Source of the DNA: Acidobacteriota bacterium
GTDB taxonomy: Bacteria; Acidobacteriota; UBA6911; JACQSX01
Direction: 5' to 3'
Assembly: GCA_036507075.1 (NCBI GenBank)
Contig: DASXQR010000163.1
Location: 17,699 to 81,698, forward strand
DNA length: 64,000 nt
Position 1 is the first letter of the stretch. Each line of letters starts with the position of its first letter. Shown one piece after another: positions 40,095 through 50,134 of the stretch. The position numbers were made by a program, and so were the translations under genes. The notes beneath the pieces were generated by a model. That model saw only the letters and a program-made list of their open reading frames with translations. It had not been told where the DNA came from and ran no database searches.

Positions 40095-41438
40095 ATGAAT
40101 CAGGTGAATCCGCAACCGGCAACTGCTATTCCAGCGCCCCAGCAAAAACCCGCCGAGCCGCCCGCCGGGGTCAGGACGGAAATAATCGCTGGCGTCACCA
40201 CGTTTCTCACCATGTCCTACATCGTGGTGGTCAATCCTGCGATCCTCGCTACTCCCGGAACCAACATGCCGTTCGGTGGGGTTCTTGCGGCCACAGTGCT
40301 GTTGTCCTTCAGCATGACGCTGCTGATGGGTTTATACGCGAAGCTTCCTTTTGCGGTTGCGCCAGGCATGGGTCTGAACGCATTTTTTACTTTCACCATC
40401 ATCCTCGGTCAGAAGGTACCTTGGCAGGTAGCCCTTGGGATCGTCTTCTGGGCGGGGATTCTATTTGTGGTCATTTCCGTTACACCAATTCGCGAAAGCA
40501 TCGCCAGGGCGATTCCTCCCAGCCTCAGAATTGCTGCGGCCGCGGGGATTGGAATTTTCCTGACCTTCATCGGCCTCAAGAACGGCGGCTTCATAACTTC
40601 GGATCCGGTTACCCTGGTGAAGCTCGGGACGCTGGACCATCGGGCGCTGCTTACCATCCTGGGAATGGCAGTCACGGTGGCGCTGATGAACCGGAGGAGT
40701 CCGTTTGCCTACCTTGCCGGCATCGCTTGCGTGACGCTGGTCGCGTGGACTGCAGGTCTGATCAAGGCGCCCGATCGCCTTTTCGATGTCCCCGATCTGG
40801 GAAGTGTCTTCTTAAAACTGGACATCGTGGGAGCGCTAAGGCTCTCGCTGGTTCCCGCAATGGTGTCCATTCTTTTCACCGATCTTTTCGACTCCATCTC
40901 AACATTCATCGGAGTTTCTCATGCCGCCGGGCTGCTGGATGAAAATGGGAATCCGCGCAATCTTCGTCAGGGTTTGATCGTCGACGCGCTGGCAACGCTC
41001 GGGGCCGGGCTGGCAGGTACTTCATCCGGCACCGCCTACATCGAAAGCATCGCCGGAATCAACATGGGAGGACGCACCGGGCTGACGGCGGTGATCACCG
41101 CGCTGTGCTTCCTGCCGTGTCTTTTCATTTCTCCTCTGGCGGGGATGGTCCCCCCCTATGCCACGGCCCCGGTGTTAATTCTGGTGGGAGCGTTCATGTT
41201 TCGCAGCGTTGCGGGACTTTCGATTTCTCGTCTGGAGGAATCGCTGCCGGCGTTCCTCACCGTCATTCTAATACCGCTGACCTTCTCCATCACGCAGGGC
41301 ATCCTGTGGGGTTTTATCTCATATGCGGGACTGCATTTGATCGTCGGAAGGTGGAGAGAAGTGCATCCGGTCCTGTATCTGTTGGCAGCTCTCTCGGTAG
41401 GCTTGGTAGTCCTGGAGCATGGCGGTTGGAAGGGCTAA
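40095..41438 (+). CDS. NCS2/AzgA-family purine permease
   Basis: AGVTTFLTMSYIVVVNP, APGMGLNAFF, YIES...GGRTGLTA. Confidence 0.93.
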   Translation: MNQVNPQPATAIPAPQQKPAEPPAGVRTEIIAGVTTFLTMSYIVVVNPAILATPGTNMPFGGVLAATVLLSFSMTLLMGLYAKLPFAVAPGMGLNAFFTFTIILGQKVPWQVALGIVFWAGILFVVISVTPIRESIARAIPPSLRIAAAAGIGIFLTFIGLKNGGFITSDPVTLVKLGTLDHRALLTILGMAVTVALMNRRSPFAYLAGIACVTLVAWTAGLIKAPDRLFDVPDLGSVFLKLDIVGALRLSLVPAMVSILFTDLFDSISTFIGVSHAAGLLDENGNPRNLRQGLIVDALATLGAGLAGTSSGTAYIESIAGINMGGRTGLTAVITALCFLPCLFISPLAGMVPPYATAPVLILVGAFMFRSVAGLSISRLEESLPAFLTVILIPLTFSITQGILWGFISYAGLHLIVGRWREVHPVLYLLAALSVGLVVLEHGGWKG

Positions 41439-41459
41439 TCCAGGTGCCCTCAAAAATTG

Positions 41460-41613
41460 AACCGCGAAGAACGCAAAGCACGCCAAGAGTATAAAGATCA
41501 CTTTGGCGGTACCTCTGTACACATTCCAGCAAATCCGATGTTTTGAATTGTTTGCTGGACATAACTTGTTTAGATCCCTTTGAGCCTTGGCGTGCTTGGC
41601 GTTCTTGGCGGTT
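41460..41613. repeat. AACCGCxAAGAACGC palindromic element with an internal hairpin
   Basis: aaccgcgaagaacgcaaagcacgccaag ... cttggcgtgcttggcgttcttggcggtt. Confidence 0.82.
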
Positions 41614-41666
41614 CCGTTTTTCTGAAATACTCGACAACGTTCTCGGCGTGCTCGTAGAGTAGATGC

Positions 41667-43904
41667 ATGCAGGAAACGCTGGTGGGGCGTTCCATTGCCC
41701 GCAAAGAAGGACGCGACAAAGTCACGGGGAAAGCCTGTTACGTCGACGACATGTCCCTTGCGGGAATGATATACGGCGCAACCGTCAGAAGCCCGGTCGC
41801 CCGCGGAAGGATCCGAAACATCACTTTTGCTCCGGGCATACCATGGGAGCAATTCACCATTGTCACGGCTGCAGACATCCCGGGCAGAAACGTCGTTGCG
41901 CTCATTTCCGATGATCAGCCGTATCTGGCAGACCGTACTGTAAATCATGCCGAAGAACCGGTCCTCCTGATCGCCCATTCCGACAAGTACCTGCTGGAAG
42001 AAGCACGCAGGCGGATAGCGATTGAAATCGAACCGCTGCCTGCGGTTTTTAGCATCGAAGACTCCCTGGCCGGGACGGAAGTCATCTGGGGTTCCGACAA
42101 TATTTTCAAAACCTATCTTGTCGAGAAGGGGGCCGTCGACGAGGTCTGGAGGGATGCTGCGCTCATCGTGGAAGGCGAGTACAGTACCGGCGCGCAGGAA
42201 CAGCTCTACATCGAAACCAATGGAATGATTGCTGTGGCCGATCCGCGGCAGGGCGTGACCGTGTGGGGTTCAATGCAATGTCCCTACTATGTACACCGTG
42301 CTTTGATGACGCTGTTTGGCATGCCCGAGGACAAGATCCGCGTGGTTCAACTGGAAACCGGGGGCGGTTTTGGCGGCAAGGAAGAATATCCGTCCATGAT
42401 CGCCGGGCACGCCGCGCTGCTCGCATGGAAATCCGGCCGGCCCGTGAAAGTCATTTATGACCGGTTTGAGGATATGGTCGCAACCACCAAGAGACACCCG
42501 TCCGTGACGCGGCATCGCACGGCGGTGAGCGGCGACGGGAAGCTGCTTGCGATGGATGTGGATTTCACTATTGACGGCGGCGCCTATGCGACACTTTCTT
42601 CGGTAGTTCTTTCGCGCGGCACAATCCATGCCGCCGGACCCTATTTCTGCCCCAACGTGAGAATTCGCAGTCGCGCTGTGGCCACCAGTTATCCTCCTCA
42701 CGGGGCTTTCCGCGGATTTGGCGCGCCGCAAAGTCTTTTTGCGCTCGAGAGACACATGAACAAGGTGGCTCAGGCCTTGAACCTGAGCCCGGAAGAGTTC
42801 CGCCGGCGGAACTTTCTTCATCAGGGACAAGCAACCGCTACTGCCCAGATAATCAAGGAGAGGATCGATCTCGAACGGTTGATGAATCGAGCCTTTGAAT
42901 TGTCAAATTACCATGAAAAAAGAAAGCAATGCTCTCTGCAGAATCCCAACCAGAAAGTGCGCAAGGGGATCGGATTCTCTTGCTTCATGCACGGGGCGGG
43001 CTTTACCGGTTCCGGAGAACGCTACCTGAAATCCGTGGTTGCCGTTCAGGCCACGGCTGCCGGCCAGGTTCAAATTTTGACTTCAAGCATCGAGATGGGC
43101 CAGGGCACCAAAACGGTCCTGGTACAAATCGCAGCGCAGACACTCGGCCTTGGCTGCGAAAGTGTGGAGCTGAGTCAGGTGGACACGGCTGCCGTGCCAA
43201 ACAGCGGACCGACGGTGGCCTCGCGCACCTGCATGATTGTGGGAAAGCTGGTGGAAACGGCCGCCGCAGGGCTGAAGCAAACCCTGATCGCCGCAGGTTT
43301 GCTTGCAGAAAGTTACAGTGCTGAAGAATTCCGGAGGGCTTGCCGATCCTATATCGAAGAATTTGGATCGCTTAAAGCTTTCAGCCAGTATCAGCCGGCG
43401 GCGGATATTTACTGGGATGACGACAAGTACCGCGGCGATGCCTATGGAACGTACGCCTGGGCCGTATATGTCGCCGAGGTAAGTGTCGACATGGTGACCT
43501 TTGAAACGCGCGTGGATGACTTCGTGGCGGTTCAGGAAGTGGGCAAGGTTATCAATCCAATTCTGGCGGCGGGACAAATCGAAGGGGGAGTGGCTCAGGG
43601 AATCGGCTTTGCGCTTTACGAAAACACGGAGTGGAAAGAAGGCCGCATGGTAAACAGCCAGATGACCAACTACATCATTCCCACCGCTCCCGACACACCG
43701 CCCATCCGAGTTCATTTTGAAGAGGCGCCTTACCGGGACGGTCCCTTCGGCGCAAAAGGATTGGGAGAGCTTCCCATCGACGGACCGGCGCCCGCGATTT
43801 TAAATGCGGTGGAGCATGCGACGGGACTAAGTATTAATCATGTTCCTCTCACACCGGAGGCGCTGATGGAAGCCTTGGACGTTGAAAATGCCGGCCTCCG
43901 CTAA
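41667..43904 (+). CDS. Xanthine dehydrogenase-family molybdopterin-binding subunit
   Basis: GGGFGGK, AFRGFGAPQ, EMGQG, GQIEGG, AKGLGE; purine gene context. Confidence 0.92.
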   Translation: MQETLVGRSIARKEGRDKVTGKACYVDDMSLAGMIYGATVRSPVARGRIRNITFAPGIPWEQFTIVTAADIPGRNVVALISDDQPYLADRTVNHAEEPVLLIAHSDKYLLEEARRRIAIEIEPLPAVFSIEDSLAGTEVIWGSDNIFKTYLVEKGAVDEVWRDAALIVEGEYSTGAQEQLYIETNGMIAVADPRQGVTVWGSMQCPYYVHRALMTLFGMPEDKIRVVQLETGGGFGGKEEYPSMIAGHAALLAWKSGRPVKVIYDRFEDMVATTKRHPSVTRHRTAVSGDGKLLAMDVDFTIDGGAYATLSSVVLSRGTIHAAGPYFCPNVRIRSRAVATSYPPHGAFRGFGAPQSLFALERHMNKVAQALNLSPEEFRRRNFLHQGQATATAQIIKERIDLERLMNRAFELSNYHEKRKQCSLQNPNQKVRKGIGFSCFMHGAGFTGSGERYLKSVVAVQATAAGQVQILTSSIEMGQGTKTVLVQIAAQTLGLGCESVELSQVDTAAVPNSGPTVASRTCMIVGKLVETAAAGLKQTLIAAGLLAESYSAEEFRRACRSYIEEFGSLKAFSQYQPAADIYWDDDKYRGDAYGTYAWAVYVAEVSVDMVTFETRVDDFVAVQEVGKVINPILAAGQIEGGVAQGIGFALYENTEWKEGRMVNSQMTNYIIPTAPDTPPIRVHFEEAPYRDGPFGAKGLGELPIDGPAPAILNAVEHATGLSINHVPLTPEALMEALDVENAGLR

Positions 43905-44373
43905 AGCGATCTCGGTTCGATTCACGGTGAACGGAAGCGCGACCACCATCGAGGTGCATCCGATAAAGCGGCTCCTCGACGTGCTGCGTGAGGACCTGCG
44001 CCTTACCGGAACCAAGGAGGGCTGCGGGGAAGGCGAGTGCGGCGCCTGCGCGGTAATGGTGAACGGCCAATTGATCAACAGTTGTCTGGTGCCGGTGGCG
44101 CAGGTCGAAGGGGCTGAGATAAAAACGATTGAGGCGCTGGCCACCCAGGATCAGCTTCACCGGGTCCAGGAAGCTTTTATTCAATTCGGGGGCGCGCAGT
44201 GCGGCGCCTGCACGCCGGGAATGGTACTGGCAGCCGTAAACCTGCTGGAGCGTATTCCTGAACCCAGCCAGGAACAAATAAAGACGGGATTAGCAGGCAA
44301 TTTGTGTCGCTGCACGGGCTACACGAAGATTTTTGAGGCGGTGCTCAAGGTGTGCGCGAAAAACAGTGGTTGA
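43888..44373 (+). CDS. Xanthine dehydrogenase-family 2Fe-2S subunit
   Basis: GCGEGECGAC, QCGACTPG, NLCRCTGY. Confidence 0.95.
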   Translation: MPASAKAISVRFTVNGSATTIEVHPIKRLLDVLREDLRLTGTKEGCGEGECGACAVMVNGQLINSCLVPVAQVEGAEIKTIEALATQDQLHRVQEAFIQFGGAQCGACTPGMVLAAVNLLERIPEPSQEQIKTGLAGNLCRCTGYTKIFEAVLKVCAKNSG

Positions 44374-44610
44374 CGGGTTTGCGGGTTGACGGGTTGACGG
44401 GTTTGCAGGTTGCGGTTGACGGGTTACGGGTTTGCAGGTTGCGGGTTGGCGAGTGATCTGTTGACGAATTCGAAAATTAAAAATTCAGAATTACCAAACT
44501 CGGAAAACAGGCAATTTTCGTCTTTTTCTCGAGGGCAGCCAAACTAGATCACTACTCAATTTTCAATATAGTGCTCTTTGATTTTTTTGAATTTCTAAAT
44601 TTTCGATTCG
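44368..44610. repeat. Composite spacer: (GGTTGACG)n array plus AT-rich inverted arms around a 28-bp motif shared with 6812-6839
   Basis: Octamer tandem array; gaattcgaaaattaaaaattca pairs with tgaatttctaaattttcgattc. Confidence 0.82.
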
Positions 44611-44614
44611 CTTT

Positions 44615-45484
44615 ATGAGGGCTTATCTTCCCGCCTACGAATTAGTTACGCCTTCAGACCTGCATGAAGCGCTCGGGATGCTGGAGCGCGAGCCGGGCGC
44701 ATGGAAAGTGTTTGCGGGCGGCACGGATCTGATGGTTTCGTTGGCGGCCGGCCATCTGCCGGCGGGGAAATTTATCAACCTATGGAACTTCGCCGAACTG
44801 AAAACGATTCGGGAAGATCCCGACCACATAACATTGGGAGCTCTGACCACTTACACGCAGGTGCAGGAAAACCGGACTCTGCAGTCTGAATTTCCTATGC
44901 TTTGCCAGGCTGCCTTTGAGACCGGCGGCATTGCGATTCAAAATCGAGGCACGCTCGGAGGAAACATCGCCAATGCTTCTCCTGCCGCCGATTCCTGTCC
45001 CCCATTGCTCGCCTATGATGCAGAGCTGGAACTGGTGTCTGCGCGCGGCGCCCGCCGGGTGCCCTATCGAAATTTTCACACCGGGTATAAAGCAACTTTG
45101 ATGCATCCTGATGAGTTGATTGCGCAAATCCGGCTGCCGAGGCTTAACTCGCCTGCCTGGCGCCACTACTTTCGCAAGGTGGGAACCCGCAGGGCTCAGG
45201 CAATCTCAAAAGTCTGCCTTTCGGCGCGGGCACGGGTGCAATCCGGCAGAATCGAAGAGATTTGCATCGCGCTGGGAAGTATCGCGCCCACGGTAATCCG
45301 CTGCCCGAGTACAGAATCAACGCTGACAGGCAGCACCATCGATCGTGGAATGATTGACCAGGCGCGCCAGGTGCTGGCCCGGGAGATTTCACCCATCAAT
45401 GATATGCGCTCCACTGCCAGGTATCGAACCAGAGTGGCGGGAAATCTGCTGCAGGAATTCCTGGAAGGCCTGATACCGGAATGA
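44615..45484 (+). CDS. Xanthine dehydrogenase-family FAD-binding subunit
   Basis: AGGTDL, IQNRGTLGGNIANASPAAD, PINDMRSTARYR. Confidence 0.93.
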   Translation: MRAYLPAYELVTPSDLHEALGMLEREPGAWKVFAGGTDLMVSLAAGHLPAGKFINLWNFAELKTIREDPDHITLGALTTYTQVQENRTLQSEFPMLCQAAFETGGIAIQNRGTLGGNIANASPAADSCPPLLAYDAELELVSARGARRVPYRNFHTGYKATLMHPDELIAQIRLPRLNSPAWRHYFRKVGTRRAQAISKVCLSARARVQSGRIEEICIALGSIAPTVIRCPSTESTLTGSTIDRGMIDQARQVLAREISPINDMRSTARYRTRVAGNLLQEFLEGLIPE

Positions 45485-46827
45485 AAACTCACCGCGAAGG
45501 CGCGAAGGCCGCGAAACCAACAACTATGGCCGGGCTTTCCGTCCACCAGTCGCAAACTCTGGACAAACTACAGAGAGATTCGTTCGGCTATTTTATTCAC
45601 GAAACAAACCCGGACAACGGCCTGGTGCTGGACAAAACCCGCGACGACTGGCCGGCAAACATCGCCGGGGTCGGCATGGCGCTGGCCGCGTATGTAATCG
45701 GCGCAGAGCGAGGCTTTATCAGCCGCAAGGAAGCAGTGAAGCGGGTGCTGACATGCTTGCGTTTTTTCTCAACGTGCGAGCAAAGCCGGGGGGAGCAGGC
45801 CAGCGGGTTCCGTGGGTTTTACTATCACTTCCTCGACATGAAATCCGGACGGCGCGCCTGGAAGAGTGAGCTGTCCACTATCGATACGACTTTCCTTGTG
45901 GCGGGCGCGCTGGCTGCGGGAGCTTACTTTCAGGCCGAGGATGAACAGGAACAGGAAATACGAACCCTGGCTGATGCCCTGTACCGGCGGATGGACTGGA
46001 ATTGGGCGCGAAACGGCGACGCTCTTGTCTCGCATGGCTGGAAACCGGAAAGTGGATTCTTGCGTTATCGATGGCAGGGTTATGATGAAGCAATCCTGCT
46101 CTATATTCTTGGTCTCGGTTCTCCCACCTATCCGCTGCCCGAAGAGAGCTACCAGGCATGGGCTTCCACTTATCGCTGGAAGAAAATTTGTGGTTACGAT
46201 TTCCTGTATGCCGGACCGCTGTTCATTCACCAGCTCTCTCATTTATGGGTTGATTTCCGACTCATACACGATGCCTTCATGCGCGACAAAGGGATTGACT
46301 ATTTTGAGAACAGCCGGCGCGCCGCCTTTGTTCAGCGTGAATACGCCATCCGAAATCCGAAGGGATTTAAGGGATACTGCGAGACCTGCTGGGGAATCAC
46401 TGCCAGTGACGGTCCCGGGCCCGCGGTCCGCAAAGTGGACGGGGTGCGGCGCCGGTTTTACGACTATGTAGCCCGCGGCGTGCCTTATGGTCCCGATGAT
46501 GGGACGGTGGCTCCGTGGGCTGTGGTGGCGTCTTTGCCTTTTGCTCCCGAGATCGTGATTCCCACGATAGAGCATTTTCACCATCTAAAACTGAGGGCCG
46601 CCAACCCTTATGGATTCAAAGCAACCTTTAACCCCACGTTTCCCGGCAAACCTGGAAGCAAGTACGGATGGATTTCGCCCTGGCACTATGCCATCAACGA
46701 GGGTCCGACGGTGCTGATGATTGAAAATTATCGCTCCGGTTTTCTTTGGGAATGCATGCGCCGCTGTCCCTATGTGGTGGCCGGATTACGCAGGGCCGGC
46801 TTTCGCGGCGGATGGCTCGAGGGTTAG
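45481..46827 (+). CDS. Glucoamylase-like/GH144-type glycoside hydrolase
   Basis: GFYYHFLDM, ELSTIDT, WQGYDEA, GPLFIHQ, WGITASDGP; real start may be ATG 45526. Confidence 0.85.
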   Translation: MKTHREGAKAAKPTTMAGLSVHQSQTLDKLQRDSFGYFIHETNPDNGLVLDKTRDDWPANIAGVGMALAAYVIGAERGFISRKEAVKRVLTCLRFFSTCEQSRGEQASGFRGFYYHFLDMKSGRRAWKSELSTIDTTFLVAGALAAGAYFQAEDEQEQEIRTLADALYRRMDWNWARNGDALVSHGWKPESGFLRYRWQGYDEAILLYILGLGSPTYPLPEESYQAWASTYRWKKICGYDFLYAGPLFIHQLSHLWVDFRLIHDAFMRDKGIDYFENSRRAAFVQREYAIRNPKGFKGYCETCWGITASDGPGPAVRKVDGVRRRFYDYVARGVPYGPDDGTVAPWAVVASLPFAPEIVIPTIEHFHHLKLRAANPYGFKATFNPTFPGKPGSKYGWISPWHYAINEGPTVLMIENYRSGFLWECMRRCPYVVAGLRRAGFRGGWLEG

Positions 46828-47002
46828 CATCGGGTCGTGCTTTGGTGTCGCGACGCGACATGCTGCACCCTCAAGGTCACACAAGTGTTCGCGACGCCTG
46901 AGTTTTGTTTCAGTCATCTTTGGCCTCAATGAAGACAGGAATATTTTGCCGCATGATAAGGTATTGCTTCTCGCGCAATAGCAGTCAAAGGTCTGAACCA
47001 GA

Positions 47003-47725
47003 ATGCTGAATGAAAACGACCTCATTGTGCAGCTCAAAGTGAGAGTCCTGGGCAAAGCCACTCCAGCCAAGGACGCTGTGGTCTTCGGCGACATGTACCT
47101 GGTTGACGGCGCCTACGCGATTAAGTGCGTTGAATTCGGGTGCGAAAATGTTCTGTTAATTGACACACTGGAAACGGCGAAGTGGGCGGAGTCGCGGAGA
47201 GCATATCCTCAGATCAATTTCTATAAAGGCGACTTTTCCAATGCCCTATTCATGAAAAGCTTCACACAGACTTACGAGATGGGTGTTTGTTTTGACGTCC
47301 TGCTGCATCAAGCGCCGCTTATCCATACGCTTCACCTGATGCTCGAGAAAGTGGAGCGGTCGTTTTGTATCGTCCAGCCTGTCCTGCGGGAGCAACGATT
47401 CAAAAACACGCTGATTTATCTTCCCGGATCACCCCATGATGCTGAGCTCTATCCGCTGAGCGCGCGAGACGGAGAACGCCAGGTTTTCGACTTATATGAA
47501 GTGAACCATTCGCGCTGGATCTGGGCTATGACACCCTCCTTCATCGATTCAGCCTTAAAGGGCGAAGGATTCGAAATTGATTACCAGGAAACACTCTGCC
47601 CCCTGCCAAATGACAACTGGTTGTGGTGGGGATGCGTGGCACGACGAGTGGCGGAAAGGCCAAAAGCCCACCACTGGAGCAATTACCGGACCAACAAGGA
47701 ATTGTATGTGGGTGATTGGGCATAA
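47003..47725 (+). CDS. Hypothetical protein, SAM-methyltransferase-like
   Basis: INFYKGDF and CFDVLLH resemble class I methyltransferase motifs; degenerate Gly loop. Confidence 0.55.
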   Translation: MLNENDLIVQLKVRVLGKATPAKDAVVFGDMYLVDGAYAIKCVEFGCENVLLIDTLETAKWAESRRAYPQINFYKGDFSNALFMKSFTQTYEMGVCFDVLLHQAPLIHTLHLMLEKVERSFCIVQPVLREQRFKNTLIYLPGSPHDAELYPLSARDGERQVFDLYEVNHSRWIWAMTPSFIDSALKGEGFEIDYQETLCPLPNDNWLWWGCVARRVAERPKAHHWSNYRTNKELYVGDWA

Positions 47726-47751
47726 GGCCTTGAGAAACTGCTCCGACGTGG

Positions 47752-49005
47752 CTACGCCGCACTCAGCTTGGCCAGCGTGTGGGCCAGGACCTCGGTGCCT
47801 GTGCTGATGTGTTCGGGCGACGCATGCTCGTCCGGGCGATGGCTGATACCTTGGCGGCAGGGAATAAAGATCATCGTCGTGGGACAGATCTGCGCCATGA
47901 AAAGAGAATCATGGTAAGCGCGGCTGATCATCTTGCGGCACGGAATCTTCAGCTCGCGGCAGATCGCCTCGACTGCGGAAACAAGGTCCCCGTCGCAGGC
48001 TGCCGGGGGATCGGCATTGAGAACCTCAAAAGTTAATTCGATACCCCGGCGGCGCGATATTTCTTGAGCTGACGTCTCGATTTTGGCCAGGACCTGATCG
48101 CGGATGTCGGCATCGGTGTCCCGAAGATCGATTTCCAGCCAGGCTCTGTACGGAATACTATTGACCGCCCCAGGCTCGATCCGAAAAATACCTGTCGTGG
48201 CCACCGTGTTGGGACTCCCGCTGATTAGTGCCGCCCGTTCAACCAGCAGCGCGATCTCCGCCCCGGCCACCAGGGCATCACGGCGCTCGGGCATCAGCAC
48301 GGCGCCCGCATGTCCTCCCACACCGACCAATTGCAGCCTCAGCGTGCTGGGAGCAGCGATCGCAGTTACCACACCGATGGGAATGTTCTCTTTCTCCAGG
48401 ATGGGCCCTTGTTCGATGTGCAATTCCACAAATGCCGCGTAAGTGCCGCGCGGCAGCTTCACGTCTTTCAGAGACTGGTCTCCGTATCCGGCAAAGCTTC
48501 TCAGTGCTTCCAACGATTTGTCATCACTATCTCTGAGCTTTTCCGCTTCGGTCGGCGCGAGTTTGCCGCAGAGCATGCGACTTCCCAGGCATCCGATGCC
48601 AAAGCGCGTCGGCTCTTCCGACGTGAATACGATCAGCTCGATCGATCTAGCCGGCTGATAATCTGCCTCGCGCAGGGCACGAATTGCCTCCAACCCGCCA
48701 AGCACTCCTACTGTTCCGTCAAAGCGGCCCGCATTGGGAATGGCGTCAATGTGAGATCCTGTGGCCACAGGCGCCAGATTCTTATCGGAACCGCTCCAGC
48801 GGGCGAAGAGGTTTCCCGCGCCATCTTCGCGAACAGAAAGATCGACTTCGCGGCACAATTTCTTAACGAACGCCCGGGCCTTCAGATCCTCGCTGGAGAA
48901 GAGCACTCGCGTCACGGAGGGTGCGGGTGTTTCTGAAAAGCTCGCAAGCTCATCGATCCAGCGTTGTATTCCGGGCGTGTCGATGCGGATGGGCGGTCCG
49001 GTCAT
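47752..49005 (-). CDS. M20 amidohydrolase, probable ureidoglycolate amidohydrolase (plant UAH-like)
   Basis: PSVTRVL, TGSHIDAIP, FTSEEPTRFG, ELHIEQGP, MISRAYHDSLFM. Confidence 0.82.
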   Translation of the reverse strand: MTGPPIRIDTPGIQRWIDELASFSETPAPSVTRVLFSSEDLKARAFVKKLCREVDLSVREDGAGNLFARWSGSDKNLAPVATGSHIDAIPNAGRFDGTVGVLGGLEAIRALREADYQPARSIELIVFTSEEPTRFGIGCLGSRMLCGKLAPTEAEKLRDSDDKSLEALRSFAGYGDQSLKDVKLPRGTYAAFVELHIEQGPILEKENIPIGVVTAIAAPSTLRLQLVGVGGHAGAVLMPERRDALVAGAEIALLVERAALISGSPNTVATTGIFRIEPGAVNSIPYRAWLEIDLRDTDADIRDQVLAKIETSAQEISRRRGIELTFEVLNADPPAACDGDLVSAVEAICRELKIPCRKMISRAYHDSLFMAQICPTTMIFIPCRQGISHRPDEHASPEHISTGTEVLAHTLAKLSAA

Positions 49006-49341
49006 TGGGTCATCAGTCATTGGTCATTGGTCATTGGTCTTCACGGTCATGGGTTGCCGGGTGACGGGTTGTCGGTTTGTGGGTTGTCGGGTTACCGGTT
49101 ATGAAAATTTACGAATTGCGAATTCAAGATTGGAAGATTCAATGCGAAGGATTCGATTAAGCATTGAAGTGGCGGCCAGCTTCTCATACAGCAAAGAACG
49201 GAAATCAGCTTCACAACTCGCAAACCGACAACTGGTAACCCGGCAACCCGCAACCCGAAAACCCGTCACCCGTCAACCAATGACCAATGACCAATGACCG
49301 ATGACCAATGACCGATGACCAATGACTGAGGAGCCAATGAC
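49001..49341. repeat. Nested inverted tandem arrays: outer (ATGACCA)n, inner (AACCCG..)n
   Basis: Left gtcattg and gggttgtc arrays are mirrored by aacccg and aatgacc arrays on the right. Confidence 0.92.
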
Positions 49342-49345
49342 ATTC

Positions 49346-50134
49346 TTACTCCGCCTCGCCGCCCACTCGCTCCCGATTCACATCCTTATAATAGATATAG
49401 GCGGCCGGCTCCTTTCCTGTGGCGACAAACCATTGAGGACAGTAAGGAGCCATCCAGATGACGTCTCCTTTTTGAACCGGATGCCAGTCCTGGTCGAGAC
49501 GATAGATCCCCTGGCCTTTCAACATCAGCAATCCGTGCTCCATCACGTGGCTCTCCACCAGAGGCAGTGTGGCGCCGGGCTGATAAGTGAAAATATTGAC
49601 GGCCATATCAAATGAAAGATCGTCGGGTAATAACATCTGCAGCCTGGCGTCGGAATTTCCCATGAACGGCTGCCCGGTGATATCCCTTTCATGCCCCGCC
49701 AGTACATCCGGCGCGGCCCTACCCGTCAGCGATGTGTAGTTCTTGCCGAAGATCAGCAGCCGCGCACCTCGCCTGGCAGCCAGCCGATAACTCTTATGCG
49801 ACGGAATATAAAGATAGGACCCTGGCGCCAGAGAAGGGAAGTCGCGTTCTTTCGACCTGCTGCCGGTGCGGTGGCCGTCGCTGATTGCGGCTGAAGCTTC
49901 GCCCTCGAGGACATAGACAAACAACTGCTGGCCGCCGGTTTCGCCGCCGCCCCTGCCCTCGCAGCTCAGATCAATCAGGAATTGGGTGAATCCAGCGCCC
50001 AGACGCGGCGAAACCAGCACGACACATTCCGCGTTTTGCCAGCCGGGCAAAGTACTGTTGACAAAGCCGCCGGGCGTGAACAACGCATAGCGGCGGCTCA
50101 CTACATCTCGCGTGTGGCCAAAATGCGGTTCCAT
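49346..50134 (-). CDS. allE: (S)-ureidoglycine aminohydrolase (bicupin)
   Basis: VESHVMEHGLLML, GDVIWMAPYCPQW, YKDVNR; TGATG overlap with allB. Confidence 0.92.
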   Translation of the reverse strand: MEPHFGHTRDVVSRRYALFTPGGFVNSTLPGWQNAECVVLVSPRLGAGFTQFLIDLSCEGRGGGETGGQQLFVYVLEGEASAAISDGHRTGSRSKERDFPSLAPGSYLYIPSHKSYRLAARRGARLLIFGKNYTSLTGRAAPDVLAGHERDITGQPFMGNSDARLQMLLPDDLSFDMAVNIFTYQPGATLPLVESHVMEHGLLMLKGQGIYRLDQDWHPVQKGDVIWMAPYCPQWFVATGKEPAAYIYYKDVNRERVGGEAE

